64,000 nt of DNA from Pseudogymnoascus verrucosus. Lineage: Eukaryota. A program made the position numbers and the translations under genes. The notes below the pieces were generated by a model. The model did no database searches, had not been told where the DNA came from, and worked only from the letters and a program-made list of their open reading frames with translations. Numbering within the stretch: position 1 is the first letter of the stretch; each line of letters begins with the position of its first letter. Shown here piece by piece: positions 1 to 12,156 of the stretch. Location: assembly GCA_001662655.1 (NCBI GenBank), contig KV460269.1, one strand, 5' to 3'.

Positions 1-417
1 AGATTAATAGGAATAGTAAGAATAGTTAGAGAGTCTACTATTCTAACTATTCCCTTTAACATAACACTACTATATAAGTAGATAGATAGTTCTTAGATAG
101 GAGCTTCGTGCTCAACTTAATATAGTATTTGTTATATACTATAACATGTTTTACGAAAGTCTTTGTGTCTAATCCCCTACCTCCTCTGTTAAGTAAACTA
201 ACGCAACGAAACCTCTATGAGTCTTATAGTTTAAGACCTAGCGTTACAATACAGCCTTCGATTAACGGGGCGTAAAGTCAGTGCGAAGTCATCTCAGGAA
301 ATTTTCAAAAGCCACTTCTATAACAAGACGATTACGACGAGTTCGAGCGAGCAGCTTCACCGGGCTGTCTCTATGACGCAATGGCACGGATTTAGTTGCC
401 TCCTTAAGCATCTCACT

Positions 418-1070
418 TTAGTCACGAAACCCTTCGTTGTTTGCGTTAGGCAGGTTATTCAGGATAGGATGCCCTAACGAGTGCTGTGCCACAGCTAAAT
501 ACTGATACCTTAGAGTGTACTTCACCAACTCTTCCTTAGGAAAATCGGGAGCAGTCTTACCGTTAATCGGAACAACCTTATCCTTCTCGTAAAACAGCTT
601 GACGTATTGCACCTTCCACTCCTTGCCCTCCAGCTTGCAGAAGAAGATGAATCGACAGTCGCAGTTAATGTCGATGGGGATATCCTTCATTGTGAATCGC
701 TACGTGATCGTAGCCTTCATCTTGCCGATGCCTCGACCATTGCTAAGATCGACATTAGCAAGGGTGCCCGTCTCCCTATGTGCGATGAAGCCGCCATTTG
801 CACGGCCGTTAATGGAGACTTCAATGAACTTCTCAATCGGGAGTCCGCCAGACCAAGCTGTACAATCGCGTTAAACGGATGGGGGTACTGCCATTCTCGG
901 AACTTCGTCGACTTACTGGTCCAAACGTAGGCGCTATCCCTAGTGAAGAGGCTACGGTAATTGTGCCATTTAGAAAAGTCTCTGTAGACTGGCCAGCCTC
1001 TGCAAAGCTCGGTTATACATTGTCTTGCAAGTATCTCTCCCGTGCTACCATTAATAGACGTAGATCTGTT
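418..1070 (-). pseudogene. PEP2 (pea pathogenicity protein 2)-like SnoaL-fold protein, pseudogene
   Basis: Manual minus-strand translation across an intron (~858-915): INGSTGEILARQCITELCRGWPVYRDFSKWHNYRSLFT..WSGGLPIEKFIEVS..HRETGTL..RGIGKMKATIT*RF..DINCDCRFIFFCK..WKVQYVKLFYEKDKVVP. In-frame TAG at 702-700 where Q is expected. Confidence 0.75.
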
Positions 1071-2220
1071 CTAGGAGAAGAAGTAGATTAGTACACATAA
1101 GATTAGAGACCTAACAAATCACAAACCTTTTTGATAGGTACCTTTAAGCAAATGCTAAGTGCCTGGTTAGGTGGAAGGGATGCTCGTTTTACATGACGGG
1201 TTCTAGCTGTAGCAAGGTCTAGACGTCTTGTAGCCACGCAGTAAGCAGTAATTCCGCTTACTGACATTAGAGTCTTTTGCAGATTTTTCATGCTGTAGCA
1301 ATCGAATCTGGATAGTTTCAACTGTTATCTTCCTGAGGTCACGCACAACCACTCTCGCTACTGAACGAGCGAGGCGGATGCTGTGCATATTCTTTCCAAG
1401 ACGAGCATGAGGGGGCATGGTTGGTGCACAGATGACTTGCTTTGTACCAAAAATTCAATCCAGCAATCCGACTCGTGTTGTCTCTACGTCTCTACATGCC
1501 GTTGGTCTAAGGTTTTCACCAACTACCTAGTAATCAACCAGTAACCACCTAAGAACCTTCCAGAAACCGCCCAGAAACCCTGCAGTAATAGCTTTGCAAC
1601 CGCTCAGTAACCGCCCTAACGTCCAAACAGTCTAACGCTTCCTTTGGTCTCTGCCATCCTGTATCCCGCACACTTTAACTCTACATCGTTCTGTCCAACC
1701 ATCCAGCAACCACGTGAAAAACATCCAGCAATAGCTTCGCAACCCCTCCACAACTGCTCCGCAACCCGTTCCACCAGTTTTACGCAGCAGGCAAGAATGA
1801 TGGCAGACCCACCGACAGATCTAGTCCCCGTCTACGTCAGCCGGTGCATGGATCGTTCTCACCATACAGTGCCTCCCCCGCATCTGCACCGCGAGCGGAT
1901 TTCGGCGAAGACAATGACCTTGACGATGTCAGATCTTCCCAGCCTACACAATGAGACATTGGTCCGTTTCCTGAAAACTCAGACTCACTGTTCTTGCGCT
2001 ACCTCGGACTCGATTATGTCTCTCTCTTGCACTGTTGACAAAAGCGTATCCCTTCTGGCAGTTAGAGATCATGTACTTCGCAAGCATATTCTTTAAGGAT
2101 CCACGACGCTTGATGGAATTGGACAGTATCCGGGCCATTGCAACGGAATGGCGCAGAATATTTCCAAAGCTTTGAGGAATGCCCTGTCCAGCGGATATCT
2201 ACTCTCCGTATATGCAGGAA

Positions 2221-2400
2221 GATGATTTGAACGGGGAATCAGAAGGAGACAGGGCCAGTGTGAGCGCTGATGAAGAGATGTCAGATTTGAACGAAGAATT
2301 AGAAGGAGACATGGCCAGTGTGGCCGCTGATGAAGAGATGTTAGACTTAGACGAAGAATCAGAAAGAGACTGGGCCAGTGTGAGTGCTGATGAAGAGTTG
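2221..2400 (+). repeat. Three tandem 60-bp units encoding an acidic 20-aa repeat (DLNEE.EGD.ASVSADEEM)
   Basis: Lines 2221, 2281 and 2341 align column by column (gatttgaacg...agaaggagac...gccagtgtg...gctgatgaagag). Lies in ORF 2179..2472. Confidence 0.9.
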
Positions 2401-3327
2401 TCACTAAGTGAGCCCGGGCTTGACTTTGACGACTACGAGTCTGATTGGTTTATTTTACGGACGAAGCTATAGAAGGTTCTTGGTTACGCGGTCATCGATG
2501 ATAAGATCGAAAATATGTGGCAAAAGAAACTAGAAATCGAGTCAATTAGCTGGCCTGTAGTACCTTTAATGGCGTTTTCCGACCCAGACGCGCACACCCT
2601 ACTCACCTTCGCTCACCTTTGCTCACCTAGGTACCGGATTATCCATAGCCATATAAAGTCACGGTGCATCGCGTTCATCACGTCTTAATAGAAGACCTAC
2701 TTCGTGCGTGTCGACGTAGCCGCCATTAGGTAGCTGAGGGGGACAACCGGATTATCATGAGCCATCAAAAACCGAAGGGCGGCGACGCTCACCCGCTAGT
2801 CCAAATGGCACCGTCTTAAGTATAAATCCACTTTAAGCTCGCGTAACACCTGGACGATAGTCTCAATCGTGCCAATAGGCATAGCGTGGAATCCGAGCCT
2901 TAAGGGTCATCTTGGGGTGTGCCGAGAGGTGAGCAGGGTGAGCAGCGTGAGGCGAGGTTATGTTTTCGCGTCAATTTCGTGTCACTCTCGTATTAGCTTC
3001 GTAATAGTACCAGAGTACTGCCGTTTTGGCTTACGTACCTTGTATAGCTGTCTTGCTCTTATTTTCCTAATTTCTTATGTGAGCGGCATATGCTCGAATG
3101 GCGACGGCATATGAGCTGCCATTTTGGGAGAAAACTGTGATAGGGGTAAAGCATTTTCCGACCATGTTTCGGCGTAACTTAGACCCGGGTTTTGGCTTTG
3201 AAAATTCCCGTGAGCTTTTCGAAGTCCCTTCTTCTCTTAGCAAGCTAAGAAGTACCAAAGTCAATGAGTATACGTGTGTGAAGCTGATTTCGAACTCTCC
3301 TGTACCATTTAATTCCACGACTTCAAA

Positions 3328-3936
3328 ATGTCAGACCCGCACGCACACAAAGACGACCAAAGTCTTAGCCCCCACAAAGAGCACGCCAACCTTCCCCGAG
3401 GCTACCGCATACTTGCCGGTCACCCCTCCATCCCAGAATACCTCGCCCTCCGCCGCCAAGCTGGAGGTCTCTCCCCAAAGACCGCAATTCAAGCTGAAAA
3501 GGCCATGGGTGGAAGCTGGTACGCCGCCTACATCGTCTCCACTAAAGCCAATCCTGATGCCACACAGCACCTTAACGAGTCGCAAGCCGATTTGATGAAC
3601 AGAAATGAAGGGGAGACTGCCGTTGCTATGGCGAGGGTAATTGGCGATGGGGGGTGGTACTTTCACATTATTGATTTTGCTGTATTGCCAAAACATCAGA
3701 GAAAGGGGTTGGGCCAGGCACTAATGGCGGATATACTTAACAGGATTCGGAAGGAAGCGCCACCGGGGGCCTATGTCAATCTTATTGCGAATGATAAGGG
3801 ACAGGCGCTATATGGAAAGTTTGGGTTCAAGGAGCCAGTGGGAGATCTTGGCATGGAATTGAGGATGGAGTACCCAGAGGGAGCTGGGCCGGATGATGAG
3901 AAGATTCCTAGAGTGGATGAGACCCGGGCTGGTTAG
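3328..3936 (+). CDS. GNAT family N-acetyltransferase
   Basis: 202-aa ORF with MARVIGDGGWYFHIIDFAVLPKHQRKGLG (acetyl-CoA motif A) and ALYGKFGF. Confidence 0.9.
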   Translation: MSDPHAHKDDQSLSPHKEHANLPRGYRILAGHPSIPEYLALRRQAGGLSPKTAIQAEKAMGGSWYAAYIVSTKANPDATQHLNESQADLMNRNEGETAVAMARVIGDGGWYFHIIDFAVLPKHQRKGLGQALMADILNRIRKEAPPGAYVNLIANDKGQALYGKFGFKEPVGDLGMELRMEYPEGAGPDDEKIPRVDETRAG

Positions 3937-4754
3937 GGAAAAGATGATGGCAAGGATGAGAAGACGGCGAATAAGGAAGTCTAGGTGGCTATAAGTAGTA
4001 GTAGTACAGTTTTCCCCTCAACGAAAATTCTTCTAACAGCTTCGTTAAGTAGCTCGTTATGTTTTCTACTGCGATATCGAGGACGTCGATTGAGTTCGAG
4101 AACCGAAATAGAAGAACATTAACGACGACTCCATGGCCGACCGCATCGATCTCCCTTCCAAGGGTGCTTAGTGAGGAGTAGATTAGAGAAGAGTACTATA
4201 AGGCGAGAGGGTTTTGCTTAGGACTATTAGCAGGCTAGCTAGGAGACAAGAGAACAACGGAGGCCAGTATTTGCAACAGATGGTGAAAGTCGGGGAGGGA
4301 GCTACCCTTCTATAGAGCGCGAAAACGGACCTAACGGCACTGTGCTGGTAAGGTAATTGCCGGTGAGCTAATCGACGGGTGGCTTTATTACCACATGAGC
4401 TATTACCACATGAGCCAGAACATGTAAATTATAAATCGAATTTGATTTACGTCGTAACATAAACAGCACACCGTCTATGCCATTACTCCGCCAAATAGTT
4501 ATATGGCCTCTCACTATCTATCATCTACGGTACTGACTGTCCAACCAAGTGAAAAACCTATCGACTGCTGGGTTGGCGTGTAAATTTCCCCAAGTGGGAT
4601 CTAGAGCTCTTAGTCCGAGGAGATGCTTAGGTTTGTCGAGACAGTCAATCTTATTGATTGCGATCATAAAGCTGACTTTGCATCAGCATTTTGAAGCCGT
4701 CAAGGTGGTGGACGAGCCTCGATATGGATTTGCAATCCCTGATCCCTGTTGTTG

Positions 4755-7700
4755 ATGATGAAAGGCGCTTTGCCACCCACAATTGTTATTGCCATGTAAG
4801 CACCGCCTCAAATCTCATTTTAGTTGATTCTCTAACCCAGGCAATAGATCTCAAAGCGATGCAATTTCCGGAATCACATTGACAATCGGCTACCTTGCTG
4901 CGCTGATTGCAGTCACATCGCAATGTCTAATGCCACGTGCCAAATTTATGAAGATCATGTTTTTTAATCTAATCGCAGCCTGCGTAGCTGCCTCACTTTG
5001 TTGTTTGGTCAGTTATTGTGCTGTTAAGGGTAGACAGAACAGTACACCTGCAGACGCTCTAGAGAGTGTTAAATCTGGATACAACAGCGATGCTTGCGCT
5101 ATTTCTGCTGTATTCCTGATTGTCATCATATGGTATGTTATTACTCCCTCATATATTTCCCACGGCACCTTGCTAGGATAGGATTAACTCGTTACGCTAT
5201 AGGGGCGCAAATTCCCTTCGCGCCTGGCGACCTATGGAAATGCAGGATCCGATGGTTGTCTTTTCGATTTTCTCTGTTGTCACGATCACTAGGACTGGAA
5301 CCTTCCTGACAGTAAGCCAAGGGTTGGAATTCATTGCAAGACTACTCAAAGGCTTTTTAATCGGGTTTGCCGTCTCAACTGGCGTTTCATTATTGATCCT
5401 CCCTATTACTAGCAGAGACCACGTCTTTCAAGACCTCAGAGAATCTGTCGCCCAGGTCGAAGTGATACTTCAGTTACTAATCTCCTTTGTTGGAGAAAGC
5501 TCGACGACGGAGCTGTGCACGGATCATGGTCTGTTAAGTCGACCACGAACAGCTCGAAGCACGCGCGAGATAGGAAACGAGAACGATTCCACCTCATCGT
5601 CGGGCATGGAGATCGAGCAGAAGCAACTAAAAGAGTCGATGGATAAGCTGAACGCCCTGCACAGCAAGCTTCGAGAGGATCTATTTTATGCCAATGATGA
5701 AATTGCATGGGGAAAGCTATCTGCTGGGGATATCAGTACAATAGCAGACATGTTCCAAAACATTATGTTACCGCTCTCTGGAATGGCGATTTTACCGGAG
5801 ACTCTTGAGATGATTGTGCAAAACAAACCTCTTTGCGAGATCTGTACCATGGCTAGAGGGTCAGATAATGAAACTACAAAACAGATGGAAACGCGGAAAG
5901 TTGTGGATACGCTACGCAAGAGTCTGATGCACTCTACTAATATTATCACAACCGGTCTCCAGTTCTTCCTGCTTGTATTCGAATTTATCAAACCTGAGCG
6001 GTTGGACAAGCAGCGAAGGTCTCAGAATATGGGGTCGGAGGGAAGAGACGAGGAGTCAAATGGAGAATATCTTGATCCACTGCAGCCTGACTTTGCAGCT
6101 CGGTTTGAACGAGCTGTTCATGAGTTCCATTTCCGTCGCAAGCACATCCTAGAGGCGTTATCGTCATTGGAAGCATTCTCAGGAGCAGACAAGTTACCCG
6201 ATGAACTTGAGTCCTCAAGAAACCGCTCGAGCTTCATCACATCAGGTCCGGATATTCGGCAAGAATTCTTCTTAGTCCTCTACGTTGGTCACCTGCAGGA
6301 CAGCCTTCTTAACGCCACAATTGAGCTTATAACATTCGCGAGCAGTAATGTATCGCATGGGACAAAGAAACGAAACCGATTAATATTCCCTAAGCAGAAC
6401 ATCATCCGAGGATGGTTTTTTCTAGCTTCAGAAAGAAGACAGTCCGATTCAGTTCGTAGACAGTCTTATCACGTTGACCCATCTTCGGTTCGCCAGGGTC
6501 AAGAAATGGAACATTTTCCGGACCCCGAACATCTCCCACCAGCGAACGCCTGGGAAAAGGGAAGTAATGTGCTCCGTTGGATATCACATAAGGGTAGATC
6601 TGAGTTCAGCATGTTCGGCTTTCGCGTGGCTGCTGCTTCCTTCTCAGTCGCAATTCTGGCCTTTTTGCATCAAACGCAGACCTTTTTTATCCGTCAACGG
6701 TGCATCTGGGCCATGATTGTGATTGTCATCGGAATGAGCCCGACGAGCGGACAGTCGATGTTTGGATTTATAGCGCGAATTGCGGCCACAGTTATTTCAG
6801 TAGTACTCAGCATTTTCGTTTGGTATATTGTCGATGGGAAGACAATAGGAGTGATTATCTTTCTTTATCTCGCAAATATATTCGAGGTAGGATACGCATC
6901 AGCGCTGTTCAATACAAGTTATTGCTAATCTTTCTTTCACCTAAACAGTATTATTTCTACGTCAAGAAGCCACAGTTCTTTGGTCCGTCTGTGATTGCCA
7001 TTGTTACTTTGAATGTCATAATCGGATATGAGCTCCAGGTTAGTTTTAGGAGCAATACTGCCATACCACAGTAGTTGACTGACCTTTTCCATAGGTTCGA
7101 AAGCTAGGTCTTGAAGTTGCCACCTCGAACGGCCAGCCATACTATCCCATTTACCTATTTGCTCCTTATAAACTAGCAGCTGTGGCAGCAGGATGTGCCA
7201 TCTCCTTTTTCTGGGCCATTTTCCCATACCCCATCACCGCCAAGTCGAAAGTAAGAAAGCTCCTTGGACGAAGTCTCTTTGTCCTTGCAAAGTTCTATTC
7301 CGCCATGCATACTACCATCGAGTTATGGATGAGCGACGAATTAGGCGACATCCAGAACCGTCATTCACCGTCTTTTAAACTTCAAGCTGCTCGCCATGAA
7401 CTCTTCCAAGAAGAAATGCTGCTTTTGAATAGCCTTCGTGTGCACAGTCATTTTACTACATTCGAACCCGCAATCGGTGGAAAGTTCCCGAAGCAGGTCT
7501 ATGATAGCATCATCTTGGAGATACAGAGGATTCTCACCAACATGTCCTTAATGGCCCATACAACGCAAAACCTTAAAGCTTTGCCCTTCGAATCGGAGGG
7601 CGGCAATTCTATGAGCGAAGATGACAAGTGGATATCACAGCTAGCGAGGATCGCGTTAGAATCTGCTGATTTTAAGTCTCATAGTACCACGTCACTACTG

Positions 7701-8083
7701 TGTCACCTCTCTGGTTCGATCATGAGTGGTGAACCGCTGCCTCCGTATTTGTCCACATTACATTCATTCCCTCTCGCACGACAACTGCAGGAGACCGATA
7801 GCGATTTGCTCAACATCCGGCACGTGGAGGACCCTGCGTTCTCTGCTTTCGTTTCGTTGGAGGTATTACGGTCGCAAATCGGGTTCAGCTTGAAGAATAT
7901 CCTAGAGTAAGTATCGAAAGCACTTTATTTTATCGTCTCATCTGTTGACAATGTATTAGTCATGTTAAATCACTTGTTGGGGAGTTGACCTTTGACTTCC
8001 ATGTCATGCAAACGCCAGAGTACTTGGAGTCGACTCAGTTAACAACATCAAATGGGAATCTGGATGAGGATGGCCAAGAATGA
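4755..8083 (+). CDS. Multi-pass membrane protein of the fungal FUSC/ArAE (ER transporter 6TM, Bre4-like) family. Multi-exon, 5' end frameshifted or truncated.
   Basis: Spliced reading MMKGALPPTIVIA|ISQSDAISGITLTIGYL..MPRAKF..DPEHLPPANAWEK..FGFRVAAASFSVAILAFLHQTQTFFIRQRCIWAMI..EPAIGGKFPKQVYD..LVGELTFDFHV. GT-AG introns near 4796, 5133, 6887, 7038 and 7907. Confidence 0.75.
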
Positions 8084-8594
8084 AGATATATTTGTCTTCC
8101 TTAGCAGTAAATATTAGCTGAGGGAAAACGGATCGGAGGGGTCTATCTAGCCTATTTGGTCTATTTTGAAGGTGCTCAATAATTTCAATTCCGTTAATCG
8201 TCACAACTTGTCATCTAATGCATAGCGAAGGACGAAAGAGCTCTGGCTCTAAGAGGATGGTGGCTTCTTGGTTGGAAGGCCCTACGGCCATAATTTTCTT
8301 CTACCTTGATTTTCATCGTCGGTTCATATCCCGATGGAAATAGAGCGAGGGAGTATCGGCCTAAGCATCCGCGGGGGAATGCCTTGATTAGAAGGACAAA
8401 ACTAAGTATTAAAGTGTTCGATAGAAGGCGAAACTGATAGTACATAGAGACAGAGCCTTAAACCAGCGATATTAGTGAAGTCTTACAGAAAAAGCCCGTC
8501 TCCTTATAAAAGGCTAAATATATATTTTGTAATTTATTATTAGATAGTTGTTAAGATATTCAGGTACAAGATCTATGATATTGGATGTATAATG

Positions 8595-8640
8595 GGGTGG
8601 GCCATCGCTTGGGTGGGCCACTGGCATGTGAAATACGTTA
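8595..8640. mobile_element. Solo pogo/Fot1-type terminal inverted repeat relic
   Basis: Reverse complement reads TA-ACGT-atttcacatgccag-TGGCCCACCC-aagcga-TGGCCCACCC. This is the same architecture (TA, ACGT, two internal direct repeats) as the TIRs of the element at 61043. Confidence 0.45.
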
Positions 8641-8693
8641 AACACATTAGTATTTATAGTATTTTTAATGCTATCTCTATCCGCTATAAGTGT

Positions 8694-10302
8694 TTATACT
8701 CTTATATTAGCCTCCCTAGCGACCTTTCGCGTTCTATTTAACCAATGTAGGACAGCGACAGGCATCCACCCCGCCACGGCAATAATGGCACAGTACACTC
8801 CCGCCGTAGCTGCGAAATTAAGAGTCTCGAACATAACCGGGATATAAAACGGCCCAATGAACCCCCAGATCTGTCGCAACAGATTAACAAAGAGTCCCAC
8901 CTCCGACGACCTCAACGGACAGCTATCGACAGCATACGTGATTAGCGTCGTAGTGATAATCTGATTCCCGAACGACGCAATTGCCGCCCCCACCATAGGC
9001 GTGACATTCCACACGCCATCCTCCGCGTTCTGTAGCTGCACGCCCCACACGACGAGGCCGGTGACCACGGCGGCGAAGCCGGGGTAGGCGAGCCAGAGGC
9101 GCTGGGTGGCGACGCGGACGCCGGCGCGCGCGGAGTAACGTGCTAGGAACCAATCGGAGGCGGGGCCGGAGAACTGCTCGCCGAGGATGGAGCCGAGGAT
9201 GATGGCGAGGTATTGGAGGCCAACACCTTGGGCGTCGAGGTGGAATTTCTCGCCGACGGCAAGGGGCATCATGACGATGATTGCGATGTTGGCGTAGCAG
9301 AAGACGAGTGCGTATGCGATGGCTGGGATGAGGACGGAGGGGTGCAGGGCGAGGTTGAGGTAGGAGAGGAAGGATGTGAGAGTGAAGGGGGCGGGGTTAA
9401 TACGGCGGATCTTGAAGGAATCGGCCCATGAGGCAGGCTTGGCGGCTTTGATGGTTGCAGCTGGGCTTGTCGAGGTGGAGGTGCTAGTAGAAGAGGTGGG
9501 GGTTCGGAAGCCCATGGTTTCGGATCCGAGGAAGAGATAGCCTAGGAATTGGCAGAAATTGACGATGGCGAAGATACCGAACATCCATTGGTAGGGCGCG
9601 CGCTGAATGAGGAAGCCGTAGAGGAAGGGGCCGAGGGGTGTGCCGATGGTGGTCATCAGGGTCCACCATCCCATCTTTTGGGCACGCTCGTGGCGGAAGA
9701 AGATGTCGGTGACAACGCCGCTACCGATACCAAGAGGAGGACAGATGAAGATTGTGTTGAGGATACGGGTTACCATTTGGGTGGCGTAGGTGTGGCAAAA
9801 GCAGCCGCCGATGTTGCAGATGCAGGCGCCTAGGACGGAGACGAGGAATATGGGTTTGCGGCCGAAGCGGACGGCGATGGGTGACCAGATTTGGGGGAAG
9901 ATACCCATTGTAAGGATCTGGAGTGGTTAGGATGAGATGTGTGATGTATTGAGGGGGACCAACTTGGACAGATGTCAGATAGGAGGCTTGGTGGATAGAG
10001 ATGCCGTACTTTTCAGCGAAAACGGAGTAGGCGGGGATGATGGCAGCAGCGGAAAAGGTTGCCATCATGGTGTGGAAAGCGACCATTAGCATGTTCATGT
10101 TCTTCATCCACAGCGGCCAATTAAGGGGGTCTTGTGGTAAAGAGGAAGGGAGAGGGTCAAGCTCTAGAGTGCCGTGTCGTTGCACAATGTATGCTTTGAG
10201 CTCTTCGCTAATGTATGAGCCGCATGTTTGGGTGGCGTCTTCGTTATGGGTGTGTATCATCTCCTTGCCCTCAGGGCAGGGTGATTGGCGGGTTTCCTCC
10301 AT
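8694..10302 (-). CDS. MFS transporter (drug:H+ antiporter-like)
   Basis: Exon 1 MEETRQ..QRHGTLELDPLPSSLPQDPLNWP..SYLTSVQ, intron 9918-9963, exon 2 WSPIAVRFGRKPIFL..DIFFRHERAQKMGWWTLM.. with about 12 hydrophobic segments. Confidence 0.9.
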
Positions 10303-11632
10303 TGACGAGGCGTTAAAGGTTGTCAAGAACTCCAAGAGAGAAAGGGAATAACGAGAGAAAGGACAAGGAAAGCTAAGTGAGAGTAGCGGAAGAAGTTAGG
10401 GTCTTTTCACGATTCAGGAGAGGAATGGAGGAACAGGAATATGACAGCTGACGGGAGGAAGATTTTATAAGGAGCAACGAGAGTTTTATGCACGACATTG
10501 GAAAGGTCTCTCTGCTCTCCGCACTCACAAGTTGGAAATGGGGGGAGAGGGGATAGATTGTGGAGAGTTGTGAGGGGAAGATGGAGTGTGGAGGTGGAGG
10601 AAGACGGAGTGTGGAGGTGGAGGACAAGCACGGAAATGGACTTTATTGGACGTATACCCACCTTGGGTCCGTAGTGTTTGAAGATACAGTGAACTTCGAA
10701 GGCGGGAGATTCGGAATACCCCATTTCTGAACTGAGTATCTGTTTTCCTATCCCAGGGTAGTTGCCGTTTTTTTAGGGAAAGATATCGTTAGGATATTGA
10801 CACTGCGGAGAACTTCCGCGGTGGGGATGTGTGTAGTCCACGAGTCAATCGATATTAATCACCCTATCAGATGATAGACTCACATGTAGGGCCTATATAC
10901 CGCAATTTAACCTTATCCTACAGCCTTGACCCTAATTGTGATTTCCTGAGCGCAAACCAACTTTGTTGAATTCTATAGGGCTACAGCCTTTACTTATGCC
11001 GTGGCCCCGAAACCTATTCTACATACGAAGCTACACAAAAGCAGGTCACCTGACCTTTGCTTAGTGTCTCGGGAAAGCCATATCTGACGACATTAAGCTC
11101 TTGGTCCGGCATAGTAGTCTTGATTTCCCTGAAATTCAGTGATCCACGACCTAATAATCCTCCATCCACTGACCCTCCACCCAATTATCCTCACTCGATG
11201 ATTCTCAACGGGATCATCGGGTGGTGAGATATCATAGATACCATCGGGTGGTACCATGGGGTGAGAATAGTTAGATCCACCTGGTGCAGGTGCAACTATA
11301 TTGGGTATATATTGTATGAATTATATGGAGACTTTGGAACGACTTTCTTTGAGCTAATGATGTTGATGGGGTAGGTGCTCTATATATGACGCGGGCCAGA
11401 ACAGACACAACCGAAGAATAACGGGAGCTGTATGGAGAACTTAGGGAAATGGTAAGCGACTATGCTTAGTTTAGTGATAGCTTGGCACATCCCCCAGCGA
11501 TATTGTAGGAAGGCTGGGAAGTGGAGAAGTGGAACCAACCGGTACCCCGCGGTTTCTCCGTAGTGGCATGAAAATACGGCAATTGACATTACAGTGAAGG
11601 CGTAAGCCACAACCAGAATCCAAGAACCTCAG

Positions 11633-11678
11633 TTACCCCGGCTGAGAGTATGTCCGGCAATACTCTCAGCCGGGGTAA
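11633..11678. promoter_or_regulatory. Perfect 19-bp inverted repeat (8-nt loop) in the divergent MFS / monooxygenase intergenic region
   Basis: ttaccccggctgagagtat-gtccggca-atactctcagccggggtaa. Contains CCG/CGG triplets and SYGGRG-type sites. Regulatory role is inferred. Confidence 0.55.
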
Positions 11679-11871
11679 ATGTAGCCTCAAATCTCGGCAT
11701 CGGTAGTCAATCAAAAATTCGACATCTCCAACGTATAAACCTTGAATCTCTTTCAATGCTGTATACGTTTCAAGGTAGATATCTGCTGTTAAAAATAAGC
11801 CGCAGCTGGCAGATATTTGAGCACATCTTTAGTGTGTCCCTTATACACCCTTCTCCCGCCCTACAGGAAAC

Positions 11872-12156
11872 ATGACTCAGCATGTCGACGTCCTGATCTG
11901 TGGTAGCGGCTCTGCTGGGATCTGCGCAGCAACATGGCTCGCCCGATATGGGCTTCGGTGCAAAATCCCCGAATCACATGGTTACGAAGTCAAGGGAGTC
12001 CAGGTTGATAGTAAGGCAGCTGCAGATCTAGAGTCCTACCCTGTGACTGTGGTTGCTCTGAAAGATGTAGTAGAGGAAACTTTCAAGGCAAAGTATGCAC
12101 TAGTGAGTATTGCCTAGCCCTGATATAGTATTAATTCTCATCCTACTAGGCATGTA
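11872..12156 (+). pseudogene. FAD-dependent (phenol 2-monooxygenase-like) monooxygenase remnant
   Basis: MTQHVDVLICGSGSAGICAATWLARYGLRCKI (Rossmann GxGxxG) is joined directly to HGYEVKGVQVDSKAAADLESYPVTVVALKD..FKAKYAL, followed by an intron (gtgagt..ctag). There is no DG-motif continuation, indicating an internal deletion and 3' truncation. Confidence 0.75.

Noticed and set aside
1103..1418. Possible upstream exons fused to the PEP2-like domain
   Set aside because: An intron-like segment (~1071-1126) exists, but the upstream peptide is unrecognisable and split between frames.
2221..2400. CRISPR-like array
   Set aside because: Contiguous in-frame 60-bp coding repeats with no unique spacers, in a eukaryotic locus.
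3098..3595. 165-aa ORF overlapping the GNAT
   Set aside because: Alternative frame with no motif; the GNAT frame has clear family motifs.
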